Positions 31,315 through 41,019 of a stretch of 64,000 nt of DNA are shown here, piece by piece. Numbering within the stretch: the first letter of the stretch is position 1; every line of letters starts with the position of its first letter. The stretch comes from an uncultured Bdellovibrionales bacterium (GTDB lineage: Bacteria; Pseudomonadota; Alphaproteobacteria; Micavibrionales; GCA-2720935): NCBI GenBank assembly GCA_964351525.1, contig CAYGOD010000003.1, positions 136,121-200,120 of the forward strand, in the 5' to 3' direction. The notes beneath the pieces were generated by a model, which was given only the letters and a program-made list of their open reading frames with translations, was not told where the DNA came from and made no database searches. Position numbers and translations under genes: made by a program.

Positions 31315-34227
31315 TTACTTATCGTCTGTATCTGTTGGGATATCCTGAACCGCGTCACCTTCCTCAAACAAACCAGATTGTACGGTATTGGCCGCAGACT
31401 TTAATATATCTTCGACATCAGGGCTTAGGCCTTTAGGCATTGTCATCGCTTGAGCAACAGGAATATCTTGTGCATTATCTGATGTTTCATTAATCGTATT
31501 AACAGAATCATCTTGATTGGGCAGATCTTCAAGTGTCGAAATACTCTCGCGTTCAGTCGCAACGACGGCTTGCCCATCCTCCATATCTTCATCCACTGTA
31601 TTCGTCACAAAGCTGTCCCAGCTCAACGCATCATCCGCTTCATCTGCTGTATCTTTTATTTCAAAGCCATTTGCAGTTACGGGTAAATCCATTGGATCGT
31701 CATCAGGAACAGAGAATGATGGTCCTTCTTCATTAAGCGGTGCTAGATCTGCGGCTATATTAACATCATCTAAAACATCAACATTATCTGACATAAAATC
31801 AGTTGCATTCATTTCATCCGATATTTGACTAACGATTTCTTGTTGAGGATTATCCATCTCATCATCAGCCGAAGACATAAAGTCCCCCCAAGATGAGCCA
31901 GTTGTATCTTCTTCCTCTGAGACACTATTATCAACCGATGCCAAAGCAGTCGGTACTGTTATATCATCCGCCTCAACCACCTTGTCATCTTCATCATCAG
32001 TCATGAAGTCAGCCCATGAAGAACCACTATCTTCTTGTTCTTCTTCCAATGATACAGACGGTACGGCTGGTGATGCCTGAGGTGTATCATCCTCATCATC
32101 ATCGCCCATAAGATCCATCCAACTCATGCCAGTGTCACTTGATGAATCCTCACTTGTTGAAGCAGAGACGGTTATCGGTGCAGATACTGTTGAATTTACT
32201 GGTGAACTTAGTGGCGCTAGTGCTGGTTCAGGTTTCTTATAATCATCCATAAAGCCCATACCGACTTTGGCAACAGCCATCGTTCCTTGCTCTAAGGCGC
32301 TATGATCAGCTTTTTTAGCCGCCGCAAAGCCATCAACCATATCTTGGATTTTATCTTCCGTTTCAACTTTTGGTGCGGCGCTTTCGGCGCTCCATCCACG
32401 GGTACGATAATTATCAATGAAGGTGTTAATGGCTTTCTTCTGACGTAATTTAGATTCATCTGGCTTTGGTGGTTCTAACATTTTTTGAATACGCATTGAT
32501 TTTGCGTTTCCAGGATTAGAATAGAAGAAACTGATTTCTTCTAACATTTCACCAAAGGTAACAACGGCATCTCCCTCTTTAAAGGCACGAAGGCCATCAT
32601 AAGAAGCACGTGCGCGCGATTGCATAGATGCATCTTGCTTACCAACAAAGGACGATGATAAACCACCGGTATTCGTTTGGAACCCTGAAACCTCAGCCAC
32701 CAAAACATCACCGACTGTTTTTTCAAAAAACTCTTTTGTTTGTGTTGGATCCTCAAGCTTACCAAAGATTTTTAAGTTACAGTTAGCCGTGATCGAACGT
32801 GCTTCTTCTTTGACGCGTTTTTCCAACGCGGGTAAATCCTGTGCGGCATAAACAAGACAGAAACCAAGAGAGCGCGCCTGTGCCGCCATAACTGCCATGC
32901 CCTGTGCGGCGTAATAACCAACCTCATCAAAAATACAAATAAATGGTGTGGCCGATTCAGAGACTTTATTCTCAATAGTACTTTCAACATCCCCCTCAAC
33001 ATCAGCACCAAGTGTAGATCCCATCATGCCCTTAATTGTTGCGGCAACAATTTTACCAAGGTTAGCGGCCTCATCACTAGATTTTTCAAGGGCAGGAATC
33101 AACACGACCAACATACGACGGTTAAGAACGACATCCGTCATATCAATATCGGCAGCTTCAGTTTCAAAAACATACCCATAGTCATCTGCCAAAGATTGCA
33201 ATGAACGTGTAAACTGCATTGATAGATAACCATGCTGTTGACGCACTGTCGATGTATCAACCATCGGCGCATCCGGCGGCATAGGTTTCTCATTACCATC
33301 ATCATCGAAAACATCATCTACATAGCCAGGTAACGTGTCCAAATACCCCTTAATACCCATAGTAATTTTCTTTGGTACATCGGGATCACGAGACAAACGA
33401 ATAACATCGGGGAAGTTAAGCGCATGACGAATAGTATTAATATTCAACGGAATTTCTTGGTGGTCGCGCTTCCATGTCATGGCGGGCATTAATGAACCGA
33501 TCAATGAAACAGCACGTTCTTTCCACATGGCGTTATCACCGCCCGCGTCAGGCATCAATGTTACCATCAAGTTTGTTAAATAAGAGGCCGAGCCACCAGA
33601 AAATGGATTCAACGTATTTGACGGTGCACCTGCATCAGAGTTACCCGTCATATAGTTTAACACTAATAAATCATCATCACGTCCAAAGCGTCGTGCCAAA
33701 GCAGACATTGAACTCCACAATCCTGTGTCTGCCTTACCATCGACAAAGACAAACCCAGACCCCCAACACAGAGCATTTGTTACCAATGAAGTAAGACCAA
33801 CCGTCTTACCAGAACCGGTCGTTCCCAAATATAAAACGTGGGTTTTAATATCATTATTCGTGTACCAAATCTCGCCATTTGTATCTTTTGCATTACCGAC
33901 ATACATGATCCCCTCTGGGCGCTTATTACGACCAGGACCATTATTATGCTCATCTTTAATGCCCAGCTGAGACGCCGACATCGGTAATTTCGCTGGTAAT
34001 GTATGACCGCGTTTTTTTAACCACCAAAAATAAAGGAGGCAAAACACGAAAATGAAATCTGCGCCATACGCAATGATATCAAAGAAAATAATCGCCACAG
34101 CACACAAAATGAAAACGATTGGCTGAAAACTTTTATCGAGTAAGCTATCACGCATTTTTTGCAGAGGTGAGCGTACGTCTCGTAACGTATTTTTATGCTT
34201 ATAATGATATTTTTTTGCAATAGCCAC
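31315..34227 (-). CDS. icmO: Type IVB coupling protein IcmO/DotL (TrbC-like) with long acidic C-terminal extension
   Basis: N-terminal TM pair; LYLGTTGSGKT Walker A; FVFVDGKAD; NTLNPF; IFDEVGYY Walker B; QARSLGF; next to dotM. Confidence 0.88.
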   Translation of the reverse strand: MAIAKKYHYKHKNTLRDVRSPLQKMRDSLLDKSFQPIVFILCAVAIIFFDIIAYGADFIFVFCLLYFWWLKKRGHTLPAKLPMSASQLGIKDEHNNGPGRNKRPEGIMYVGNAKDTNGEIWYTNNDIKTHVLYLGTTGSGKTVGLTSLVTNALCWGSGFVFVDGKADTGLWSSMSALARRFGRDDDLLVLNYMTGNSDAGAPSNTLNPFSGGSASYLTNLMVTLMPDAGGDNAMWKERAVSLIGSLMPAMTWKRDHQEIPLNINTIRHALNFPDVIRLSRDPDVPKKITMGIKGYLDTLPGYVDDVFDDDGNEKPMPPDAPMVDTSTVRQQHGYLSMQFTRSLQSLADDYGYVFETEAADIDMTDVVLNRRMLVVLIPALEKSSDEAANLGKIVAATIKGMMGSTLGADVEGDVESTIENKVSESATPFICIFDEVGYYAAQGMAVMAAQARSLGFCLVYAAQDLPALEKRVKEEARSITANCNLKIFGKLEDPTQTKEFFEKTVGDVLVAEVSGFQTNTGGLSSSFVGKQDASMQSRARASYDGLRAFKEGDAVVTFGEMLEEISFFYSNPGNAKSMRIQKMLEPPKPDESKLRQKKAINTFIDNYRTRGWSAESAAPKVETEDKIQDMVDGFAAAKKADHSALEQGTMAVAKVGMGFMDDYKKPEPALAPLSSPVNSTVSAPITVSASTSEDSSSDTGMSWMDLMGDDDEDDTPQASPAVPSVSLEEEQEDSGSSWADFMTDDEDDKVVEADDITVPTALASVDNSVSEEEDTTGSSWGDFMSSADDEMDNPQQEIVSQISDEMNATDFMSDNVDVLDDVNIAADLAPLNEEGPSFSVPDDDPMDLPVTANGFEIKDTADEADDALSWDSFVTNTVDEDMEDGQAVVATERESISTLEDLPNQDDSVNTINETSDNAQDIPVAQAMTMPKGLSPDVEDILKSAANTVQSGLFEEGDAVQDIPTDTDDK

Positions 34228-34270
34228 TTAGTCTATATTCCTACTTATGCGTATATTTTATTCATCTATC

Positions 34271-34771
34271 TTATTCTGCGTTATCGCTTGGTAAAAGCAC
34301 ATCATCCAGAAGGATCGGTGTGCCTGCTTCAATCATATTAATATCTGGTTTTTCGGTTTGTAACGGCAACGTTGCTTGGTTATGTTCAACATTTACCTTT
34401 TCATTGCCCAAGAAGAATGATCCAAACAGAACATACAAGATAACAAAAAATGCCGCAAAAATAATAAGGCTTTGCAACCAGCCCATTTTTGATCCCGCAT
34501 CTTGAACGTTATCATTTTTACGATCAGAAACGGTTAAAACATCTGTCACTTTTTGAAAAGCTGTTAGTGCTTCTTGATGGTCTTTAAAATCAACAACTGT
34601 CGTTGCTTCTCCTGACTCTGGCTCCATGATTAAATTTGTTTTAGTTTTTAGTTTCTTCAAAGAAAATGTTGCCATTTGAGCGGCTTGCAAATCACAGCGC
34701 CACAAAATAGGACTATCCCCATCTGTACGGGAAATAATAAGGGCATCATCTACTCTTTTAATATCAATCAT
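34271..34771 (-). CDS. Single-TM hypothetical protein between icmP and icmO
   Basis: About 95-aa soluble N-domain, one TM (WLQSLIIFAAFFVILYVLFGSFFL); tight operonic spacing. Confidence 0.75.
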   Translation of the reverse strand: MIDIKRVDDALIISRTDGDSPILWRCDLQAAQMATFSLKKLKTKTNLIMEPESGEATTVVDFKDHQEALTAFQKVTDVLTVSDRKNDNVQDAGSKMGWLQSLIIFAAFFVILYVLFGSFFLGNEKVNVEHNQATLPLQTEKPDINMIEAGTPILLDDVLLPSDNAE

Positions 34772-34784
34772 CTTTTATACCTTT

Positions 34785-35993
34785 TTATTTATTAGAACCT
34801 GCTGGTTTCATGATCCCACGCGTAGCTTTAGCACCACGGTAATCTAGCTTAGGAATTACGATAGGGTCGTTTTTAACCAAATAATCTCCTAAGGACTGAA
34901 CCGCCGATGCGACCTGTGGCATTGGAATAGCGCGATCCATCATCTTTTCCGCTGCGAAGTGAGACATAACCCCCATCGCCTCTGCATGAAAGGAACGACG
35001 GCCTAAGTTATTAAGCGGATACCAAAGATCACGGTCATGTCCGCGCAACCAAACAAAAGACGCCGATGCCATAACCCCACCCTTTGAACGCGCATATTGT
35101 AGAGCGCGCAACATCGCTGTCTTAACATAGGCATGTCTGTTTGCCTCTAAATATACTGCCTTTGTTAATTTTGCATCTTTTAAAATTTTATTTGTTTGTG
35201 CTTTTACCGCACCAGATATGATCAATCCCTTTTTCGGGTGCCAACACAGCGCGAGATTATTTAATAAATCATCCGCCTCTTTACGTTTACGAGAAGATTT
35301 TAGGGCAAAAATTGCAAAAAGAACGCGTTCATGGGCGTTCAAAGATCCTATCCCCTTCCAACGACGTCCCAATTGCTGAACAAATACATTCTTGGCAGCG
35401 ATCTCATCTAACTGACCATCGGGCATGGGTATCATTGAATGAGCAATAAACTCTTCGGGCGAAAGAGCTTCTGAAAAACGAGGCAACTCTGCTGGCACGG
35501 GTGCACCAGGAACACGAAATGGTTCATTATTAGGGTTATATTTCACAAAAGGCTTAATAACAGGGAATGTTTTTGCCTGTTCAACAATAAGATCATCCAA
35601 GCCCATTGTACGGTGATACAAAGCACCAGGACCACGAAAAACAGACCAAATTGCCATGAGCACCATGAAAAATGCGAAAGGCCATTTATATAAATCCATT
35701 GTAGCACGCGTAAATAATCCCATATGGGCGGTCTCTAGATCATCCTTGTGGGCGCTCCCCATAAAGTCCAATAAATCACGCGCAGAAATTTCTTGGCCAA
35801 ATGCCGCATCAACATGCGTATAGTTCTCACCAAAAATTAGAGCAATCAGTGAAAACTCACCGTAACGCAACCATCTTAGTCCGCTCATTAATTCAGCACT
35901 GAAAAAATACCAGATAGCAAAAGCCGCACCACCAATAACAAGAATTAATAATGCTAATAAAACAGGGCTGTCATCTTGACTTTGACCAGACAT
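34785..35993 (-). CDS. icmP: Type IVB secretion protein IcmP/DotM (TrbA-like)
   Basis: N-terminal TMs; ALSPEEF, F..QLG..W, HAYVKT, WLRGHDRDLWYPLNNLGR..AEAMGVMSH..AE. Confidence 0.88.
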   Translation of the reverse strand: MSGQSQDDSPVLLALLILVIGGAAFAIWYFFSAELMSGLRWLRYGEFSLIALIFGENYTHVDAAFGQEISARDLLDFMGSAHKDDLETAHMGLFTRATMDLYKWPFAFFMVLMAIWSVFRGPGALYHRTMGLDDLIVEQAKTFPVIKPFVKYNPNNEPFRVPGAPVPAELPRFSEALSPEEFIAHSMIPMPDGQLDEIAAKNVFVQQLGRRWKGIGSLNAHERVLFAIFALKSSRKRKEADDLLNNLALCWHPKKGLIISGAVKAQTNKILKDAKLTKAVYLEANRHAYVKTAMLRALQYARSKGGVMASASFVWLRGHDRDLWYPLNNLGRRSFHAEAMGVMSHFAAEKMMDRAIPMPQVASAVQSLGDYLVKNDPIVIPKLDYRGAKATRGIMKPAGSNK

Positions 35994-36295
35994 TTACGCC
36001 TCTTCGCGTGGATTTTTTAAATTATATATATGATAGAGTAATAATAGCCGATTCATACATCTCTATACTAGGCAGAACTATGCCATGAAACCGCTTTTTT
36101 CACAAGAAAAGATAGATATTTTTGATGACGAAACAGGGATTATTAATGGAACATGGGAGAAGAATAAGCACCTAAAAGTGATAGACAGTGACAAGATCAC
36201 TATTTTTAAAGAAAAAATGACATTTTTGTAAAATTAAGCTTGATTTCAAGGCTGAACTAGGGCAAAAATCTATTTCTATTCTTTTAAATAAGAAT

Positions 36296-36370
36296 GCCGG
36301 CATAGCACAGTGGTAGTGCAGCGGTTTTGTAAACCGAAGGTCGGGAGTTCGAATCTCTCTGCCGGCACCA
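36296..36370 (+). tRNA. tRNA-Thr(TGT)
   Basis: GCCGGCA acceptor stem, GCAC/GTGC D-stem, loop TT-TGT-AA, GTTCGAA T-loop, encoded CCA. Confidence 0.95.
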
Positions 36371-36387
36371 TTTTCCAAATATAATTA

Positions 36388-38190
36388 TTAGACATTATTC
36401 TCTAGCGCAAAGGTCAGACAATAGTCACCCACCTTTGGTGTATAGATATTATCTTTACCCCCCGTATAGAAACGTAGGATATTATTTTTTGTGATATAGC
36501 CCGCGACGATACCGTCACCGATATTGGGCAGGATCATTTCATTGGTTTCTGGGTTTTCGCCAATACGTGAGATCTTAAAGCGCCAACCATCATTGAAACG
36601 TTCCCACATAGAGGACAGAGTCACGGCATTATCGACCCATACCTCGCCGAGGATGCTTTGGGTAATTTGTTGACTTTCTGGTACTTCTTTATCTTCCACA
36701 TTGACATAGAAGACGCGCTCTTGACCAAATTCATGACTGAAATTGTAACATGCAAGGGCGCTATAGGCCTTGTTATAGTGCGCAGCCAGCAATGTTGTAT
36801 AGGCGTTAAATTCAAGGCTATGTTCCGTTTCTTCGGATAGCAACTCACCGTAATGAACGGGGATATTCGCTAAACGCGCCTTACTCAAGACGTGCCAATT
36901 TGTATCAACGATCATCACTGGAATTTCTTTGGTTTTTAACGTCTCTGCCAATTGAATTGTCCATGGATGTCCACCAGAAATAAGGAGACCATTATTTTCT
37001 TTGGTGACTAACCCAAGGCGCTTTGCAACGGGTTTAATACTTAAGCCATGAAAGAAAACGGTTAGGACAACAACCAAGAACGCAATGGGTAATAGCTTGG
37101 CGCCATCCTCAAATCCAGCCTCAACCAAGAGCGGGCCAAAAATACCCGCCATTGCCGCACAGACCACTCCGCGCGGGGCGATCCATCCGATCAATATGGT
37201 TTCTTTTAAAGAGAGCTTTGTCCCTATCGCACAAACAAACATCGTTAATGGACGCAGTAAGAAAATAAGCGCAAAAACGAACGCCAAATCACGCCAACCG
37301 ATTTCTAGCAAAACAGACACATCCAAATCCGCCGTCAACAGCAAGAAGACACCAGAAATAAGCAGTAATGTGACCGTTTCTTTAAAACGCTTAATTTCTT
37401 CCAAACTCTCATGGTGAATATTGGTTAATGTCATCCCCAAAATTGTGACAGAGATTAATCCAGATTCGTGCAAGAAAGCATTACTACCAAAGAACATAAC
37501 CAAGACAAAGGTAAGTAAGAATGGTGCTTTTAGATATTCCGGTACATGTCCGCGTTCAAAAATATATTTAATTGCATGGGCGGCCAGAAAACTAGCCAAA
37601 GAAATCATAACAATCGCACTGGCATTTTCAACGGCAAACACCGTCATGTCAGCACCTTTACTTTGTGAAACAAAATATTCAAATGATAGAACCGCAAGAA
37701 TGATACCAATGGGGTCGTTAATAATCCCTTCCCACTTTAAAATAGCCCCAACACGGGGCAATAAACGGGCTTGGCGTAGCATTGGGATAATAACCGTTGG
37801 CCCCGTAACAATAAGCATCCCACCCAATGTAATAGAGGTTGCCCAGCTAAGCCCCGCAATGTAATGCGCAGCAGTCGCCAATAAGAACCACCCCAAAGGC
37901 GCACCAATTAAAATAACGTGCCACAAAGCACGCTGTGCCGACCGTAATTCAGAAAAGCGTAACTGTAAACTACCCTCAAACAGAATGATGGCGACCGATG
38001 CAGCAATCGCAGGACGTAACAAATCCCCCATAAGAAGGTCAGGCTGTAAAACGTCTAAGCCAGGGCCAAGAACAAAGCCAAAACCGAGCAGGAAAACAAT
38101 TGCTGGGATGTGGAAGCGCCACGCCGTCCACTGGGCAACGATTGCAGCAACGGCAATAATAACAATCTGTGCAGTTAGGGCAATTTCCAT
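36388..38190 (-). CDS. CPA1-family cation:proton antiporter with C-terminal NAD-binding-like domain
   Basis: IILFEG, TGPTVI, EGIINDP, PRGVVCAA; multiple TMs; start trimmed from 38238. Confidence 0.88.
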   Translation of the reverse strand: MEIALTAQIVIIAVAAIVAQWTAWRFHIPAIVFLLGFGFVLGPGLDVLQPDLLMGDLLRPAIAASVAIILFEGSLQLRFSELRSAQRALWHVILIGAPLGWFLLATAAHYIAGLSWATSITLGGMLIVTGPTVIIPMLRQARLLPRVGAILKWEGIINDPIGIILAVLSFEYFVSQSKGADMTVFAVENASAIVMISLASFLAAHAIKYIFERGHVPEYLKAPFLLTFVLVMFFGSNAFLHESGLISVTILGMTLTNIHHESLEEIKRFKETVTLLLISGVFLLLTADLDVSVLLEIGWRDLAFVFALIFLLRPLTMFVCAIGTKLSLKETILIGWIAPRGVVCAAMAGIFGPLLVEAGFEDGAKLLPIAFLVVVLTVFFHGLSIKPVAKRLGLVTKENNGLLISGGHPWTIQLAETLKTKEIPVMIVDTNWHVLSKARLANIPVHYGELLSEETEHSLEFNAYTTLLAAHYNKAYSALACYNFSHEFGQERVFYVNVEDKEVPESQQITQSILGEVWVDNAVTLSSMWERFNDGWRFKISRIGENPETNEMILPNIGDGIVAGYITKNNILRFYTGGKDNIYTPKVGDYCLTFALENNV

Positions 38191-38286
38191 GAAGCAATCC
38201 TTGTGATATAAAATAAGACCATGAGTATGCAATAACACCGCGTTAAAAACAAGCGCACATATTTATTACACAACAGTGAGAAATAA

Positions 38287-38754
38287 TTACTTAACGGGCT
38301 TCACAAGGATAGAAGCGCCATCAACACCAACAATTTCGACACGAGAGCCTTTTTTTAAGGTCTCGCCCGCTTCATAAACGGCAATCCATGAGCCATCATC
38401 CAAATCAACACGCCCACGTCCGTCAGGCATATCGGTTTTAAGCGTCATTTTGCGCCCCTTAAGGGAAACATCCCGCTCATTTAAATCGGGTGTATCGGTT
38501 GGTGTTGAATTGGGTGAGAAATAACGACGGCCAAGCAATGTTGTTACCACCGCAACAACCGTGAAGAAGATAATTTGGTAACGCCAATCCATTTCTGGGA
38601 ATAGATAAACAAGTAATCCAGTAATGATCGCGGCTAGGCCCGGCCACAGTAAAAAAAAGGTTGGTAATAAAACTTCTGAGCCCAACAGAATGGTCGCAAC
38701 CGCCCACCATTGCCAATGTGTTGCATCCCAAATATAGGTGATAAATTCATCCAT
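38287..38754 (-). CDS. NfeD-family membrane protein (YbbJ-like)
   Basis: N-terminal TMs, LNER..G, GRVDLDDGSW OB-fold; follows an SPFH gene. Confidence 0.9.
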   Translation of the reverse strand: MDEFITYIWDATHWQWWAVATILLGSEVLLPTFFLLWPGLAAIITGLLVYLFPEMDWRYQIIFFTVVAVVTTLLGRRYFSPNSTPTDTPDLNERDVSLKGRKMTLKTDMPDGRGRVDLDDGSWIAVYEAGETLKKGSRVEIVGVDGASILVKPVK

Positions 38755-38779
38755 GTTCGTACCCTATTCTCTTATAGAC

Positions 38780-39724
38780 TTACTTTGTTTTACCAACAAT
38801 GCCAGACATCGCTTCTTTTGCTAGTTCAGCAATACCGCCGATAGAACCAATAACGTTTGAGGCCTCTAATGGCATAAAGATAACTTTTGAATTATCCGCA
38901 GAGGCGATTGCCTGAAGTGATTCAACATATTTTTGCGCAACGAAATAATTAATGGCTTGGACGTTACCGCCGGCAACGGCTTTTGATACCATATCTGTTG
39001 CTTTTGCTTCGGCTTCGGCCTCACGTTCACGCGCTTCCGCATCACGGAATGCGGCTTCTTTACGACCTTCCGCCTCTAAAATTGCGGCTTGCTTAAAACC
39101 TTCTGCACGCAAAATCGACGACTCTCTGTCCCCTTGCGCGTTTAAAATATCTGCACGTTTTTCACGATCAGCCTTTAACTGACGCGCCATCGCTTCTGTA
39201 ATATCACGTGGTGGCATTAAATCTTTGATCTCAATACGTGTGACCTTAACACCCCATGGATTTGTTGCCGCATCAACGATTGTTAAAAGACGCGCATTAA
39301 TTTCATCACGCTTTGATAAAACTTCATCCAAGTCCATGCTACCAATAACCGTTCTAAGGTTGGTTAGCGCTAAATTTGTAATACCTTGCATAAGGTTACG
39401 CACTTCATACGCCGCCTTTGGCGCGTCCATGACCTGAAAGAACACGACCCCATCACAACGCATCAAGGCGTTATCTTTTGTAATCACATCCTGTGATGGT
39501 ACGTCCAAAACTGTTTCCATCATGTTTAATTTACGACCAACACGATCAAGAAATGGAACAATAATGCCCAAACCCGGTTTTAATGTGTGGGTGTAACGTC
39601 CAAAACGTTCAACCGTCCATTGTGACCCCTGTGGCACAATTTTTACACCTGCAAAAATGGTAATCAAACCAAGCGCAGCAAAGAATAAAACAAAAGCTAG
39701 AAATGAAGACGGAAAAAATTCCAT
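38780..39724 (-). CDS. qmcA: SPFH/band 7 protein (QmcA/paraslipin-like)
   Basis: VERFGRY, PSQDVITKDNA, NLRTVIGSMDLD, WGVKVTRIEIKD, AVAGGNVQAINYFVAQKY. Confidence 0.9.
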   Translation of the reverse strand: MEFFPSSFLAFVLFFAALGLITIFAGVKIVPQGSQWTVERFGRYTHTLKPGLGIIVPFLDRVGRKLNMMETVLDVPSQDVITKDNALMRCDGVVFFQVMDAPKAAYEVRNLMQGITNLALTNLRTVIGSMDLDEVLSKRDEINARLLTIVDAATNPWGVKVTRIEIKDLMPPRDITEAMARQLKADREKRADILNAQGDRESSILRAEGFKQAAILEAEGRKEAAFRDAEAREREAEAEAKATDMVSKAVAGGNVQAINYFVAQKYVESLQAIASADNSKVIFMPLEASNVIGSIGGIAELAKEAMSGIVGKTK

Positions 39725-39814
39725 GAAATATGATCCTTAAAATAATATATCGTTAATGTTTATATCAGGAAGTATATTAGCGAATAATGAGGTGGTTTAC
39801 AAAACATATAATTA

Positions 39815-39843
39815 TTGACATAATAAATAAAAATCCGTATAGT
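39815..39843 (+). promoter_or_regulatory. Near-consensus sigma70 promoter of orphan 39881-40588
   Basis: TTGACA-17 bp-TATAGT. Confidence 0.7.
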
Positions 39844-39880
39844 CGCAACAGTTACAATACTACAAAAGCAGGAAAAACAC

Positions 39881-40588
39881 ATGGAACTTACGCCACAACA
39901 GATCACAGACATTATTTTACAAAAGCCCTATCGCATTACAGCGGGTATTTTAGAACAGCGTAATAGGCTGCAAAAATTACGTGACACAAAAACAGCCAAA
40001 AGAAATGTTGGCTTAGTAGAGAGAGCGAAATATACGCGCAAAGGATCCAAAAGATACACGGAATTAGTTTATTCTGACAATGACTTTATGAATGCTGTAC
40101 TCAAGCTACAAACACCCTTTGTCATTCCATACGTGGAACATGGTACCCTAGAAGAACCGCATGAAAGATCCCTCAAAAATGCCTTAGATGAATTGCGTTA
40201 TTTAGGCTACAGCAATGATCAGATCAAAGATATAGGGCATATAACATATGGTTTTTTAGCAGTGAGGACCGACTATGGTGGTTTGAGCTATATCAACCCA
40301 GATAAAGAAGACAGATCATATTTAGGTACATGTGATGCTTTTGCTGGTATTGGTTACTTTTATGGCGCAGAAGGTAGAAAACAGATGGCATATAACAACG
40401 GTGTTTTTAGCCCCGTCGTGGGCGCGCGTGAGTTCAACACAGTTTCTGCATCACCAGAAGCGTTCAATCGTTTTGAAAAAGAATTGAATGATTTTCTTGT
40501 AGGAACAATCCCAGCAAAATACCCGACATTGTTAAAACCAAAAAGAAATAAGTCACGACGTTTAAAAAAGCTAGCACCGAAAAGCTAG
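39881..40588 (+). CDS. Hypothetical protein with basic C-terminal tail
   Basis: 235-aa ORF with own promoter and AGGA RBS; no family recognised. Confidence 0.7.
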   Translation: MELTPQQITDIILQKPYRITAGILEQRNRLQKLRDTKTAKRNVGLVERAKYTRKGSKRYTELVYSDNDFMNAVLKLQTPFVIPYVEHGTLEEPHERSLKNALDELRYLGYSNDQIKDIGHITYGFLAVRTDYGGLSYINPDKEDRSYLGTCDAFAGIGYFYGAEGRKQMAYNNGVFSPVVGAREFNTVSASPEAFNRFEKELNDFLVGTIPAKYPTLLKPKRNKSRRLKKLAPKS

Positions 40589-40590
40589 TA

Positions 40591-40872
40591 TTATTCAAAC
40601 GTATCAAGGAGCGCATCTTGTAACTCGCCATCAACGCGGAGAACCGCGGCATTTGCTTTGTAAAGGGCGGAGGCCTGAATCAGGTCAATAATGGGCCCTT
40701 CTAAAGACGGGAAAGAGCCGCCCGCACTGTCAATATTAATCGGATTGCCGCTGAATTCTTGGGCTTTTTGGATATTTTCACCAAATTGCGCGATTTCCTG
40801 TGCGGCTTCATTCACATTTTTTGATTGCGTTTGCAGGCCCTTAAGGGCTGTTTCTGTGGCGGAAATAATCAT
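40591..40872 (-). CDS. Small flagellar basal-body-rod-type protein (rod N- and C-terminal motifs only)
   Basis: TALKGLQ..VNEAAQEIAQ start; IIDLIQASALYKANAAVLR...LLD end. Confidence 0.72.
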   Translation of the reverse strand: MIISATETALKGLQTQSKNVNEAAQEIAQFGENIQKAQEFSGNPINIDSAGGSFPSLEGPIIDLIQASALYKANAAVLRVDGELQDALLDTFE

Positions 40873-40980
40873 TTTAACCCATCGCTTTGTTTTAAAATTA
40901 TGTGGTTTTTATGGTTCTCTTTAAGCCATAATCACGCTATAAATACATATTATATCAGTTTTAAGTATAATCCATATCAT

Positions 40981-40996
40981 TTAAAATATATTTAAC
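40981..40996 (+). promoter_or_regulatory. CtrA-binding box
   Basis: TTAA-AATATAT-TTAAC, exact TTAA-N7-TTAAC; AT-rich context lowers confidence. Confidence 0.5.
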
Positions 40997-41019
40997 ATAT
41001 TAAAAAGCGGTCTTTATTC

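Noticed and set aside
31315-36370. ICE or genomic island integrated at tRNA-Thr
   Set aside because: No integrase or relaxase, no duplicated tRNA 3' end noticed, the module lies on the 5' side of the tRNA, and composition resembles the flanking core genes.
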